In this document: positions 27,735-36,065 of the stretch, one piece after another
Layout of the letters: every line of letters begins with the position of its first letter
How positions within the stretch are numbered: position 1 is the first letter of the stretch
Origin: a virus
Lineage: Duplodnaviria; Caudoviricetes
Reading direction: 5' to 3' (one strand)
IMG/VR virus record: IMGVR_UViG_3300038808_000067
Coordinates: 1-39,508 of that record
DNA length: 39,508 bases
The notes under the pieces: generated by a model
Database searches by the model: none
What the model was told of the DNA's origin: nothing
What the model saw: the letters and a program-made list of their open reading frames with translations, nothing else
Program-made: the position numbers and the translations under genes

Positions 27735-28004
27735 GCGGTTTTACTCAGAAAGGGATGATCGGGGCCGTAGGCCGCCAGAATGTCGCGACGGGTCACGCCG
27801 ATCGCCACGGCGCGCTCGATGGCGCAGACCTCCGCGATCGACTTGCCGGATCTCAGGTTCACCGTGGCGCGACGCGTCCCCAGCACCGTAAGCGCAAACA
27901 TCTGCGCCCGGCGGACAGGGGGGGGGTAGCGCGTCGTATTCCGCCCAGGTGAAAGGGTTGCGGCCGGCGTTCCAGTTCGTGCCGGGGATTAGGCGGCCGG
28001 TCAT
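27731..28004 (-). pseudogene. Small gene (DUF6525-like) frameshifted in a C9 homopolymer
   Basis: Deleting one C gives a 90-aa ORF (YDALPPPVRRA...AYGPDHPF) with phage-like codon usage and a stop overlapping the helicase GTG. Confidence 0.7.
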
Positions 28005-28822
28005 ATGGTGCACACACGGCATTGACCGGACTGACGAACCAGGTCGGCCTGCAGTTGCGTCCCGCGCGGGATCAGGCCGCGCTCGAACAAGACCTGCATA
28101 TCCGCCAGCCGGACAGGCCACGTATCCCGCCAACATGCCGCAAAGGTCAGGCCAAACCGTGTGACCATCACCGGCTCGTCACCATGCAGCCGGGGCGACC
28201 GGAACGTCGCGCCTGTATCACGTTCCTGTCCGACCGCACTCGCCCAACTCGCGGGATCAAACCGCCACAGCTTCCACCATTCGCCCAGCGTCTGGTGATA
28301 GCAGCGCCGGCAGTCGGTCCGATCCGGCGGAATGACGCCCCTCTGTTCAAGTGACGAAACCACGCGCGCGCGGTCAAACCCCCACTCTCGAAGAGGAAAG
28401 CGCATCGCGACACCGGCGATGTCGTCGTAGGCCCCGCCGGCTCGCCCCGTCTCGTCGGCCCTCAGACCGACGTATGAGGTCACCGGACCTTCGTCGGCCC
28501 AGCGCTTTAGCTGCTCGCGATAAGGCTCGATTTTGAGCCGCCTGGTGCACCAGCGCTGGCGATGGTTCGGCAAAGCGCCATAGTGCGCGATCAGGCCGTT
28601 GAGGCCGCCCAGCGTCACATTCATGACAGGCAACACCGGCGCGCCCATCAGGTCGCCGAGGCGGTTCCAGAAGGCGAACATTTCGTCGGGCTCGTCACCT
28701 GTCGGCGTGCAGACCAATGTGTAAGGGCGCGGCTCGCGCTCCCTCAGCTCAAAGGCCAAACAGGTGCTGTCCCAGCCACCCGACAACGCCAGCACATGGC
28801 GCTCGACTGCATTGGCTATCAC
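28001..28822 (-). CDS. PAPS-reductase-family (PP-loop) protein
   Basis: LSGGWDS PP-loop, RWCTRRLKIEP, VGLRADE, RFPL and CxxC motifs; GTG start overlapping the primase stop. Confidence 0.85.
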   Translation of the reverse strand: MIANAVERHVLALSGGWDSTCLAFELREREPRPYTLVCTPTGDEPDEMFAFWNRLGDLMGAPVLPVMNVTLGGLNGLIAHYGALPNHRQRWCTRRLKIEPYREQLKRWADEGPVTSYVGLRADETGRAGGAYDDIAGVAMRFPLREWGFDRARVVSSLEQRGVIPPDRTDCRRCYHQTLGEWWKLWRFDPASWASAVGQERDTGATFRSPRLHGDEPVMVTRFGLTFAACWRDTWPVRLADMQVLFERGLIPRGTQLQADLVRQSGQCRVCTI

Positions 28823-29985
28823 CCCTGCACCCCCCTGATCATATCGTTGAAGTCTTTGAAGCCCCGCTTGGGCCAGCTTTCGACGAAGCCGATGCCCCGC
28901 TCGGCCGCCTTGGCCTGCAGCTGGGCGACCTTCTTCGACACGCCATTGCGCACCTTCCGGTCCGGATCCCGGTCGCGGATGACGATGGCGGCCTCGGCCG
29001 TCTCGGGGATGTCCACATGGGCGAAGTTGGCGCTGGCCCCGACCGCTGACACCCGCCACTCCGGCGTCAGCACGGCGACCGTGAAGGCGTCCTCGACCCC
29101 CTCGGCCCAAGCGCATTCGTCGGTCAGCCCCTTGGCCAGGGCCTCGCGCGGCCCCATCCCCGTCCGCCCCCGGCTGATCGGCACGAAGGCCCCGTGCCAG
29201 CCGCGCGGCCAGATCTTCTTGGTCGGGAACCCGCCCTGCAGCGCCGCCTTCAGCTTCCCGCGCCCGCCGGGCTCCAAGAAGATCCGGTGCACGCCGCCGA
29301 ACGACCCGTCCGGGAACAGCAGGGCGCTGATCAGCACCGGACAGATCGTGTCCGTCTCGACGTGTTTCATCGCCGGGTGCCACCGCACCGCCCACGGCAG
29401 GCGGTCCAGCCGCTCCAACGGGATCCCCCGCGCCTCGCGCAGATAGGTCCAGCCCGGCGACCCCTTCTCACCGGGTCCGGGGATGACCAGCTCCTTGGCT
29501 TCCAGGAACATAGCCTTGGCCCGCCGCCGATCCTTGTCGCGGTTGTTTTCGGCCATGGCCTGGGCGCGCTCGGTCGCCGTCTCCATGGCCTCGCGCGCCG
29601 CCTTCAGCTTGGCGGCGTGGGCCGGGTCCATATGGGTGTGATCGCCGATCCCCAAAAACCGCTTCGCCCAGATCAGGGCCTCGCGCTTCGTGGCCCGGTC
29701 GATCCGGCCCATGGTGATATAGGCGACCAGATCCAGCGTATCGCCGAAGTCGCCGGTGGCGTATTCGTCCCACCGCCCCTGACGGGGGCCATCCACCATG
29801 ATGACGAAACTGCCGGGGTTCCGGTCGTTCCGGGTCGGATTGCGCGGCGTCATGGCGCCCTGGTCGATCCGGCCGACCAGGCCCAGCGACCGGCAAACCC
29901 CCTCGATCTGGGACGCCAGCATGGTTGAGATCTCGCGCACCGAGATCTCCGCCGGCCGCGAATGATAATTGGTCAGCTGGTTCAG
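28819..29985 (-). CDS. DNA primase (N-terminal recognition domain plus TOPRIM)
   Basis: NPTRNDRNPGSF...W.EYATGD.GD, GVHRIFL, AEGVEDA, RDRD, KDFND; start uncertain (CTG 29985, GTG 29940 or ATG 29922). Confidence 0.85.
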   Translation of the reverse strand: MNQLTNYHSRPAEISVREISTMLASQIEGVCRSLGLVGRIDQGAMTPRNPTRNDRNPGSFVIMVDGPRQGRWDEYATGDFGDTLDLVAYITMGRIDRATKREALIWAKRFLGIGDHTHMDPAHAAKLKAAREAMETATERAQAMAENNRDKDRRRAKAMFLEAKELVIPGPGEKGSPGWTYLREARGIPLERLDRLPWAVRWHPAMKHVETDTICPVLISALLFPDGSFGGVHRIFLEPGGRGKLKAALQGGFPTKKIWPRGWHGAFVPISRGRTGMGPREALAKGLTDECAWAEGVEDAFTVAVLTPEWRVSAVGASANFAHVDIPETAEAAIVIRDRDPDRKVRNGVSKKVAQLQAKAAERGIGFVESWPKRGFKDFNDMIRGVQG

Positions 29986-30227
29986 TACCCCGCCCTCCCG
30001 TTGATCAGGCGGACCAGGCGGCGCGCATTCCCCCGCGCGGCCCTCAGGCTGTTGCCGTCGCTGCGCGGCGTGCAGGCGATGACCAGCCGATACTGGCTCC
30101 CGTCCCGCCCCCACACCTTCATCACCACATGTTTGCCGCCCATCTCGACGGCCGAGGCCAGGCCCCAGGGCGTAATCTCCTGGCGCATCACCTCAATCTG
30201 CAGGCGCTCGATCTTCGTCAGCTGCAT
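29982..30227 (-). CDS. Small protein, possibly HicA-like fold
   Basis: GGKHVVMKV...ACTPRSD pattern; coupled to neighbours. Confidence 0.55.
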   Translation of the reverse strand: MQLTKIERLQIEVMRQEITPWGLASAVEMGGKHVVMKVWGRDGSQYRLVIACTPRSDGNSLRAARGNARRLVRLINGRAGY

Positions 30228-30229
30228 GG

Positions 30230-30688
30230 TCACGCCTCCCCTACCAGGGCGCGGATCTCGGCGGCGTCCTCGGCCGCCATCACCCATCCATAGGCGCGGT
30301 GATTGACGATGCAGCTCGCCCCCTGCCCGAACCGCGCCGGCAAACGGCCTGTCCGCGCCAGCGCGCGCAGGATCCCCCGCGCCTGCAGGATCAGGACACA
30401 GGCCAGCTTGTCGTCCACCTCGTCCGCCGTCTTGGCGTTCGGCCCGGTGCGCGTCCCCGTTACGATGGCCCACCGGTTCAGCAACCGGTCCGGCCGATCG
30501 ACCAGAGCCATCAACGTCAGCACGCCCTGGGGCTTGCCGTGGTCCATCGCCGCCCGCCACGCGGCCAGGCGGTTGTCGTCGGCGTCGGCGCGGCGTTCAT
30601 CGCGCGCGAACGCCTCCCATTCCCGGATCTCCTCGCGCGCCCGTTCCAGCTGGCGCGACAGTTCCTGACATCGCCGGCACATCATCAC
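30230..30688 (-). CDS. Winged-helix DNA-binding protein (OmpR/PhoB C-terminal-like) with N-terminal CxxC and coiled coil
   Basis: LMALVDRPDRLLNR...DKLACVLILQAR...IVNHRAYGW. Confidence 0.65.
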   Translation of the reverse strand: MMMCRRCQELSRQLERAREEIREWEAFARDERRADADDNRLAAWRAAMDHGKPQGVLTLMALVDRPDRLLNRWAIVTGTRTGPNAKTADEVDDKLACVLILQARGILRALARTGRLPARFGQGASCIVNHRAYGWVMAAEDAAEIRALVGEA

Positions 30689-31038
30689 GCGGCCTGCCGA
30701 TCATCGGCCGCGACCAGGCGCTCGGCCTCGCGCTTCAACAGTTCCAGCAGATCGTCGATCGCCGCCCCGTCGCGCAGATCCTCCATGTCGCGCACGACTT
30801 CGTTCGCGGTGCTGTGCCCCACGCCCATGTGGCGCATCAGCGGCCGCACCCCGGCGCCCAGGCTGATCGCGGCGGTATAGATGGCCACCTTGCGCCGCCA
30901 CGCCTCCGCCGCATCCGACCGCCGGCCGCCGCGCATCACGCCCGCCGTCGTCGGCGGCGGCGCGCCCAGCACCGTCGTCACGGCCGCGCTCGCGGCCGTC
31001 CAGGCGACGGCCGGATTGATCCTTCGCCCCCCGCCCAT
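30685..31038 (-). CDS. HTH protein resembling the DnaA C-terminal domain
   Basis: AWRRKVAIY...MGVGHSTANEVVRDMEDLRD, compared with the DnaA_C pattern RQxAMYL...RDHSTV. Confidence 0.6.
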   Translation of the reverse strand: MGGGRRINPAVAWTAASAAVTTVLGAPPPTTAGVMRGGRRSDAAEAWRRKVAIYTAAISLGAGVRPLMRHMGVGHSTANEVVRDMEDLRDGAAIDDLLELLKREAERLVAADDRQAA

Positions 31039-31041
31039 GGT

Positions 31042-31443
31042 CTATCCGTTCAGATCGCGGCGGTGCAGCCACGGATGATCGGGCAGATCCGCGCGCGGCG
31101 CGGCGGCGGGCCGGGCGACCGGCGCGGCCACGGCCTGGGCCTCGCTCGGCGGCGGCACATGTTCGAACAACCAGCGCAGCGCCGTCGCCATATCGCGCAG
31201 CGGCGCGGCCAGCCGGATCCGTTCACCCGCCGTGGCGAAGGCGAAGGCCTGACACGCCCAGCGAAACGCGGTGCACAGGCTCATAGCGTATTTTTCGGTC
31301 GCCGGCGGCGTCGCCGTGACCATGCGCCCCGCCGCCTCGCCCAGGACCTTGACCGCGCCCGTCTCGCCGGCGGCGGCGGCCATGGCCAGGTTCGCCAGCT
31401 CCAGCCAGCGGGTGCGGTTCAGGTGGATGACCTTGCCGCTCAT
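31042..31443 (-). CDS. Hypothetical protein (CII position)
   Basis: ATGA-coupled to cro, GGAGG-like operon context. Confidence 0.65.
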   Translation of the reverse strand: MSGKVIHLNRTRWLELANLAMAAAAGETGAVKVLGEAAGRMVTATPPATEKYAMSLCTAFRWACQAFAFATAGERIRLAAPLRDMATALRWLFEHVPPPSEAQAVAAPVARPAAAPRADLPDHPWLHRRDLNG

Positions 31444-31682
31444 GCCGCCAGTGCCTGACCTGCAGGCCACAACACAGCCAGATCGACCACCACGCCATCG
31501 GCCTCGGCCCCACGCTTCACTGCCGGCAGATGCTCGGGCGGAATCGGGGTTTCAGGATCGCGACGGGACAGCCATTTATAGACGGCGCTCTCGCTGCGAC
31601 CGGTCCAATAGGCTATGCGCGTCGGCCCGATGCGCAGCACTTCGGACTGCGCAAGGCTTCGCTGTTTGCCCTCTGGCGACAT
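31440..31682 (-). CDS. Cro-like repressor
   Basis: 80 aa HTH (IGPTRIAYWTGRSESAVYKW), divergent from CI. Confidence 0.8.
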   Translation of the reverse strand: MSPEGKQRSLAQSEVLRIGPTRIAYWTGRSESAVYKWLSRRDPETPIPPEHLPAVKRGAEADGVVVDLAVLWPAGQALAA

Positions 31683-31772
31683 TTGACATAATCTCCAGAC
31701 ATAATGTCTGGACATCTGGCTGAAGTGATTTGCGCAACGCGTCAACGACGCGGATTGGACATTTCGTCCAAT
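31683..31772. promoter_or_regulatory. cI/cro operator region with three GACA-N-TGTC-type palindromes
   Basis: TTGACATAATCTCCA (31683-97), perfect TCCAGACATAATGTCTGGA (31694-712), ATTGGACATTTCGTCCAAT (31754-72). Confidence 0.8.
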
Positions 31773-31781
31773 TATCGTCGC

Positions 31782-32393
31782 ATGAGCGACGCCACCTCTA
31801 CAGATCCCGAAGTCCAGGCCATCTTCCGCGCCATGGCCGAGCAGGGCCGCAAGAAGGCCGACCTTGCTCGCCTACTGGAAATCGACAGCTCTCAGGTCAC
31901 CCGGATCCTGCAGGGGCGACGCCGTCTGCGCCGCGACGAATGGAAGAAGGTGGAAGCCTGGCTTTCGGACAGCCTGGACCACGCAATTCAGGAAACCGCC
32001 GAGGTCTCGGTCATGCCGGGAATGGTCCCGCTATACGGCTGGGCCGGGGCCGCCACGGCCGACCGTCTGGTCTATGCTGACCAGACCCTGTTGGGCGCCG
32101 TCCCCCGCCACCCCAACCAGGCCAACGTCATGGGCGCTTACGCCCTGCAGATCAGCGGCGACTCGATGATGCCCCGCTACGAACCGGGCGAGATCATCTA
32201 TATCGCCCCGAACCAGTGGCCCGGCCGCGAGAAGGACTGCGTCATGGTATCAAAGGAAGGCTACGGCTACATCAAGCGGTTTGTGGGCCAGGCCAACGGG
32301 GTAATCACCCTGCACCAGCTGAACCCGGCGGAAGATCTCGCCTTCCCGACCCAGGACGTCGCCGCGATGCACGCCGTCGTCGGCCGAGGCTAA
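31782..32393 (+). CDS. CI-like repressor (HTH plus S24 autopeptidase)
   Basis: KADLARLLEIDSSQVTRIL HTH; AG cleavage site; GDSM and IKR catalytic motifs. Confidence 0.92.
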   Translation: MSDATSTDPEVQAIFRAMAEQGRKKADLARLLEIDSSQVTRILQGRRRLRRDEWKKVEAWLSDSLDHAIQETAEVSVMPGMVPLYGWAGAATADRLVYADQTLLGAVPRHPNQANVMGAYALQISGDSMMPRYEPGEIIYIAPNQWPGREKDCVMVSKEGYGYIKRFVGQANGVITLHQLNPAEDLAFPTQDVAAMHAVVGRG

Positions 32394-32635
32394 TACCCCC
32401 GGCCCAAACGCGCCGAGATCCAGCCAATGGCGACCATCGCCACGACGATCGCCAGCACGATCGCGGCCATGCCGCCCAGACGCGCCATCGTATCGCGCGC
32501 AACCTCGCCCTGACGCCACCACCACGACCGCAGCCAGGGGCTGACCGGATCGCGCACGCGCGCACCAAACCGGGCGACCAGGATCGCCCCGCTGATCATC
32601 GCCGCACCGATCAAGATCGCCGTTGAAAGCCCCAT
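32390..32635 (-). CDS. Small two-TM membrane protein convergent with cI
   Basis: 81 aa, two hydrophobic helices, fills the gap between cI and the early promoter. Confidence 0.55.
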   Translation of the reverse strand: MGLSTAILIGAAMISGAILVARFGARVRDPVSPWLRSWWWRQGEVARDTMARLGGMAAIVLAIVVAMVAIGWISARLGRGY

Positions 32636-32670
32636 GGGCAGATACTGCCACAAGGCGCACAGATGAACTC

Positions 32671-32713
32671 CTGACGTTGTGTCTTGACATAATGTCCAAA
32701 CAAGTTTTGTTCT
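32671..32713 (+). promoter_or_regulatory. Repressor-controlled early promoter/operator
   Basis: TTGACATAATGTCCAA (32684-99) is an operator palindrome overlapping a perfect TTGACA -35; degenerate second site CTGACGTTGTGTCTT. Confidence 0.75.
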
Positions 32714-32737
32714 GCCGTTGTAAACGGAGATCAGAAC

Positions 32738-33439
32738 ATGACCGCACGTCAAATCCGGACGGAGGCTCCCGAGCGGGCGGCCCACCATTACGCCGGCATG
32801 GCCGCCCAAGCGCGCCGAGACCTCTTCGCCAGCTCGCAAGTCCTCCGCGTCCTCACTGAGCATGGCGTCAAACGCGTAAGGCTTAGTCAGGACGACTACC
32901 GAAAGTTTGTCGACGGCAGCTGGGCTCTCACGGCCGGCGAAAAAACGACCCGGACGCAGTGGGCCGTCCTCCGAGACCTCGGGGCCAGCGATCAGATCAG
33001 GCGCATCGTCGAACTCGAAGAGGCCGCTGGTCGCGCCGAAACGGCCGGTCAGGCCCAACGCCTCTACAGCCAGGCGGACGAGGCCCGGCGCGGTTTGGAT
33101 AAGCGGTTCCTCCGCCAAGCTCACGAGGTCGAGCGCCTGCGCGAGGAGGCCAGCCGCCGCTACGAACCCGGCGAGTTCGCCGCCGTGCCTGACACGTCCC
33201 TGCACGACGCCTTCCAGCGCGGCATGGAGCTGGGCCGCAAGCTCGAACGCCAGGACGCCGGCGTCCACATCCATGCGAAGGACCAGTATCGGCCGCTCCA
33301 GATCAGCTGGGAAGGTTTCAAGGGCGACGACGCCGAAGACGCCCCCTTCACCCCGCCGCCCTCGCGCGCCGGCGGCCGCATCCTCCTCGGCCTCGCCGTC
33401 CTCGCTTTCGTTGTCGCCGCCCTGCAGGTGCTGCCATGA
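32738..33439 (+). CDS. Hypothetical protein with C-terminal TM anchor
   Basis: GGAG RBS, first gene of the early operon, hydrophobic C-terminus. Confidence 0.7.
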   Translation: MTARQIRTEAPERAAHHYAGMAAQARRDLFASSQVLRVLTEHGVKRVRLSQDDYRKFVDGSWALTAGEKTTRTQWAVLRDLGASDQIRRIVELEEAAGRAETAGQAQRLYSQADEARRGLDKRFLRQAHEVERLREEASRRYEPGEFAAVPDTSLHDAFQRGMELGRKLERQDAGVHIHAKDQYRPLQISWEGFKGDDAEDAPFTPPPSRAGGRILLGLAVLAFVVAALQVLP

Positions 33440-33756
33440 GCTTCGGCGACGACATGACCCGCGCCCATTTCGCGGCGGAGGCGGCGCTGGACGGCGAGTT
33501 CCTGCTGGTCGGCTTCCAGACCCACGGCGACGCCTTCCGCGTCTGGACCGCTACCGGCGAACATCTGACCGTCCGCAAGGTCGAGGCCGCCGCCCACTCC
33601 ATCCTGACCGCGATCGCGGAGACGGAGGCGGACCGCACCGACGACTGCCGCGCCTGCCCGGATTGTCAGACCCGCCTGGCCCGCGTTCGCGCGGCGCTCG
33701 CCGCACTGGGCGACAGCCGTGTGCCCAGCCCTGCCGGACGGGAGGCGGTCCATTGA
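33436..33756 (+). CDS. Hypothetical protein with CxxCxxC
   Basis: ATGA coupling, phage-like codon usage. Confidence 0.7.
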   Translation: MSFGDDMTRAHFAAEAALDGEFLLVGFQTHGDAFRVWTATGEHLTVRKVEAAAHSILTAIAETEADRTDDCRACPDCQTRLARVRAALAALGDSRVPSPAGREAVH

Positions 33757-34346
33757 TCCACGACCCTTTCACCACCCGCGACGTCCACGGCCGCATGGCC
33801 CACATCATGGTGGACCTTGAAACCCGTGGCCAAAGGCCAGGCTGCGCCATCCTCTCGATCGGGGCGGTCGCCTTCGATCCGAACCGCAATCTACTGGGCG
33901 ACCGCTTCCACGCTGTCGTCAACACGGCCGACTGTCATCGCTACGGCCTGACCGACGACGACGGCACCATGGCCTGGTGGGACAAGCAGAAGCCCGAGGC
34001 GCGCCAGATCCTCGACCTCGCCGCGGCGTCGGACACCAAACTGCCCGTCGCCTTGGACGCCTTCTCGGCGTTCGTCCGCGAACAGGCCAAGGGCGAAGCG
34101 CGCGTCTGGGGCAATGGCGCCGACTTCGATCAGCCGATCCTGGTCGCCTGCTACGGTGCGACCGACCGCGATCCACCGTGGAAGTTCTGGAACAGCCGGT
34201 GCTTCCGCACCCTCAAGAACCTCACCCGCGTCCCCGCGCCCGAACGGCTGGGCGTCCACCACAACGCCCTGGACGACGCGGTGTTTCAGGCCACCCATGC
34301 CCTGACCATCCTGCAGGGCGTGCGCCGTCTGGACATCGCCGCATGA
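33753..34346 (+). CDS. DEDDh 3'-5' exonuclease
   Basis: MVDLET, WGNGADFD and HNALDDA motifs; TTG start with GGAGG. Confidence 0.9.
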   Translation: MIHDPFTTRDVHGRMAHIMVDLETRGQRPGCAILSIGAVAFDPNRNLLGDRFHAVVNTADCHRYGLTDDDGTMAWWDKQKPEARQILDLAAASDTKLPVALDAFSAFVREQAKGEARVWGNGADFDQPILVACYGATDRDPPWKFWNSRCFRTLKNLTRVPAPERLGVHHNALDDAVFQATHALTILQGVRRLDIAA

Positions 34347-34672
34347 CCGCCGCCTTCGACTTCGCCGACACCCGCGCGGCGGCCAAGGCGGCGGGCAAGG
34401 CCTACGAGACCTTCCGCAAGATCTGGCCCCAGCTGGTCCGCACCCAGGGCTTCCCCGCCCCGTTCGCGGCCCGCCCCTACCGGTGGGAGCCGTCGCGCCT
34501 CGCCGCCTGGCGCGACCAGTCCGAGGCCCAGCGCCGCGCCGCGCTACTCAATGATCGTCAGACGGCGAACCCCGCCAATGACGACAGACCCGACGCCCCG
34601 CCGTCGCAACCCCGTGGGCGTGTGGCGGCCGGCCGCGCCCGCATCATGAACCGAATGAGGCAACACCCATGA
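34343..34672 (+). CDS. AlpA/excisionase-like DNA-binding protein
   Basis: YETFRKIW...GFPAP...RWEPSRLAAW. Confidence 0.65.
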   Translation: MTAAFDFADTRAAAKAAGKAYETFRKIWPQLVRTQGFPAPFAARPYRWEPSRLAAWRDQSEAQRRAALLNDRQTANPANDDRPDAPPSQPRGRVAAGRARIMNRMRQHP

Positions 34673-35028
34673 CCCCCAATCCCGACATCCTGATCGGCGG
34701 CCGCGTCCGCCAGCTGCGCGAACAGCGCGGCGTCACCCAGGCCGTCCTGGGACAGCGGATCGGCGTCACCTTTCAGCAGGTCCAGAAATACGAGCGGGGC
34801 GTGAACCGCATCGCCGCCAGCCGCCTGATCAAGATCGCCGAATGCCTGGACTGCACGCCCGCCAACCTGCTGGCCGGCCCCACGCCCGCCGACGATCCGG
34901 TCGCCGAAATGGCGTCCACCCCGTCCGGCCGCGCCATGGCCGAGGCCTGGGCCCTGATGCCGCCCCACGTCCAGCAGTCGGTCCTCAACATCGCCCGCGC
35001 CGCCGGCGTCGCCTACGTCGAGGCCTGA
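34669..35028 (+). CDS. XRE-family transcription regulator
   Basis: GVTFQQVQKYERGVNRIAASRL signature. Confidence 0.92.
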   Translation: MTPNPDILIGGRVRQLREQRGVTQAVLGQRIGVTFQQVQKYERGVNRIAASRLIKIAECLDCTPANLLAGPTPADDPVAEMASTPSGRAMAEAWALMPPHVQQSVLNIARAAGVAYVEA

Positions 35029-35029
35029 G

Positions 35030-35257
35030 GTGGCGCGCCCCGAGGACAGCGACACGATCGTGGGCGGCAAGGGCGAGGTCGTGGATCGCCTCTACGTCAT
35101 CCAGACCATGCTGGAGCAACTGGTCTGCGATCACCCCTTCGTCACCAGCAACTCGCTTCTCGCCGAACAGGCCACGTTCGCCGTCGCGATCCTCGGCGCC
35201 CTCTACCAGCGCGCCGCGAACACCCCCGCCACACCCGGAGATCTGAACCATGGCTGA
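35030..35257 (+). CDS. Hypothetical protein
   Basis: 75 aa, in operon, codon bias. Confidence 0.65.
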   Translation: MARPEDSDTIVGGKGEVVDRLYVIQTMLEQLVCDHPFVTSNSLLAEQATFAVAILGALYQRAANTPATPGDLNHG

Positions 35258-35609
35258 CGCCAAACCCGCCGCCCCGTCGCCCGTCAACTTCGAGACGACG
35301 CCCGAGGAAGACACCCTGATCCGCGACATCGCCGATCGCTTCCTGCAGCTCACCGGCCACCACGACGCGCCGCACATGCGGTTGAACATCCGCATGGACA
35401 TCACGGCGGTCCATCTCAACCACATGGCGCTGGATCTCGACGCCCTGCTGAACGCCTCCGATTTCGCCTTTGTCCACGACATCGACGGCATCGGCCGCCA
35501 CATCGATCGCGACACCGGCCGCCTGGCTTGCCGCAGCGACGGCTCCCTGATCGAGGACGCCCAGGACGGCGCGATCTTCGTCCCCCGCTGCGCCAGAAAG
35601 GAGGCCTGA
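35250..35609 (+). CDS. Conserved phage protein (DUF6874-like)
   Basis: MDITAVH...LDLDALL...F.HDI.GI.RHIDR.TG.L...F.PR. Confidence 0.7.
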   Translation: MADAKPAAPSPVNFETTPEEDTLIRDIADRFLQLTGHHDAPHMRLNIRMDITAVHLNHMALDLDALLNASDFAFVHDIDGIGRHIDRDTGRLACRSDGSLIEDAQDGAIFVPRCARKEA

Positions 35610-35612
35610 CCC

Positions 35613-36065
35613 ATGGTCGCCTATGTCCTGCCGAAGGACCGCTACACCCCTGTCGTCCAAGGCGCCCAGCGGTTCATCATCCTTCCGCCGCGCAAGCCGG
35701 GCAAACCCCGCCACGCCCATGTAGGCGAGGCCATCACCCTGCGCCCCGGCGGCGTCACCCTGGGCGCGGCGCGTTGCGTCGCCCGCGCCACCCTGATCAT
35801 CACCCGCACGGGGCTGAACCGCGTCCTGGTCCAGGGCGCTGCGGTCGATCAGCCGTCCATTGTCCGCCGCGCCCAGGCGGCCGAGAACGGATCGCCCAAC
35901 GCCGAACGCGAGGCCGCCCACCTCGCGGCGGATCTCGGCTTCCCCAGCTGGGCCGCCCTCTGGCGTGACCAGCGCGACCGCGAAGGCGCGACCCGCGACG
36001 GCCGCGCCGACATCCTGACGGTCGAACTGATCGGCTGGGAACCGCTGGAAGCGGAGGCAGCGTGA
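35613..36065 (+). CDS. Divergent ASCH/PUA-like protein
   Basis: MVAY...PRK...RHAHVGE...A.DLGF.SW pattern. Confidence 0.55.
   Translation: MVAYVLPKDRYTPVVQGAQRFIILPPRKPGKPRHAHVGEAITLRPGGVTLGAARCVARATLIITRTGLNRVLVQGAAVDQPSIVRRAQAAENGSPNAEREAAHLAADLGFPSWAALWRDQRDREGATRDGRADILTVELIGWEPLEAEAA

Noticed and set aside
3710-27758. Long plus-strand ORFs antisense to structural genes (e.g. 3710-5086, 11238-12749, 17549-18988, 22367-23707, 25479-26633)
   Set aside because: Shadow frames expected from high-GC codon bias; no recognisable motifs
28823-29395. N-terminal extension of the PAPS-reductase ORF (464-aa call)
   Set aside because: Overlaps the primase in another frame and is low-complexity; the real start is the GTG at 28822
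32907-33752. N-terminal extension of the exonuclease ORF (479-aa call)
   Set aside because: Overlaps two better ORFs; a TTG with RBS at 33753 fits operon coupling
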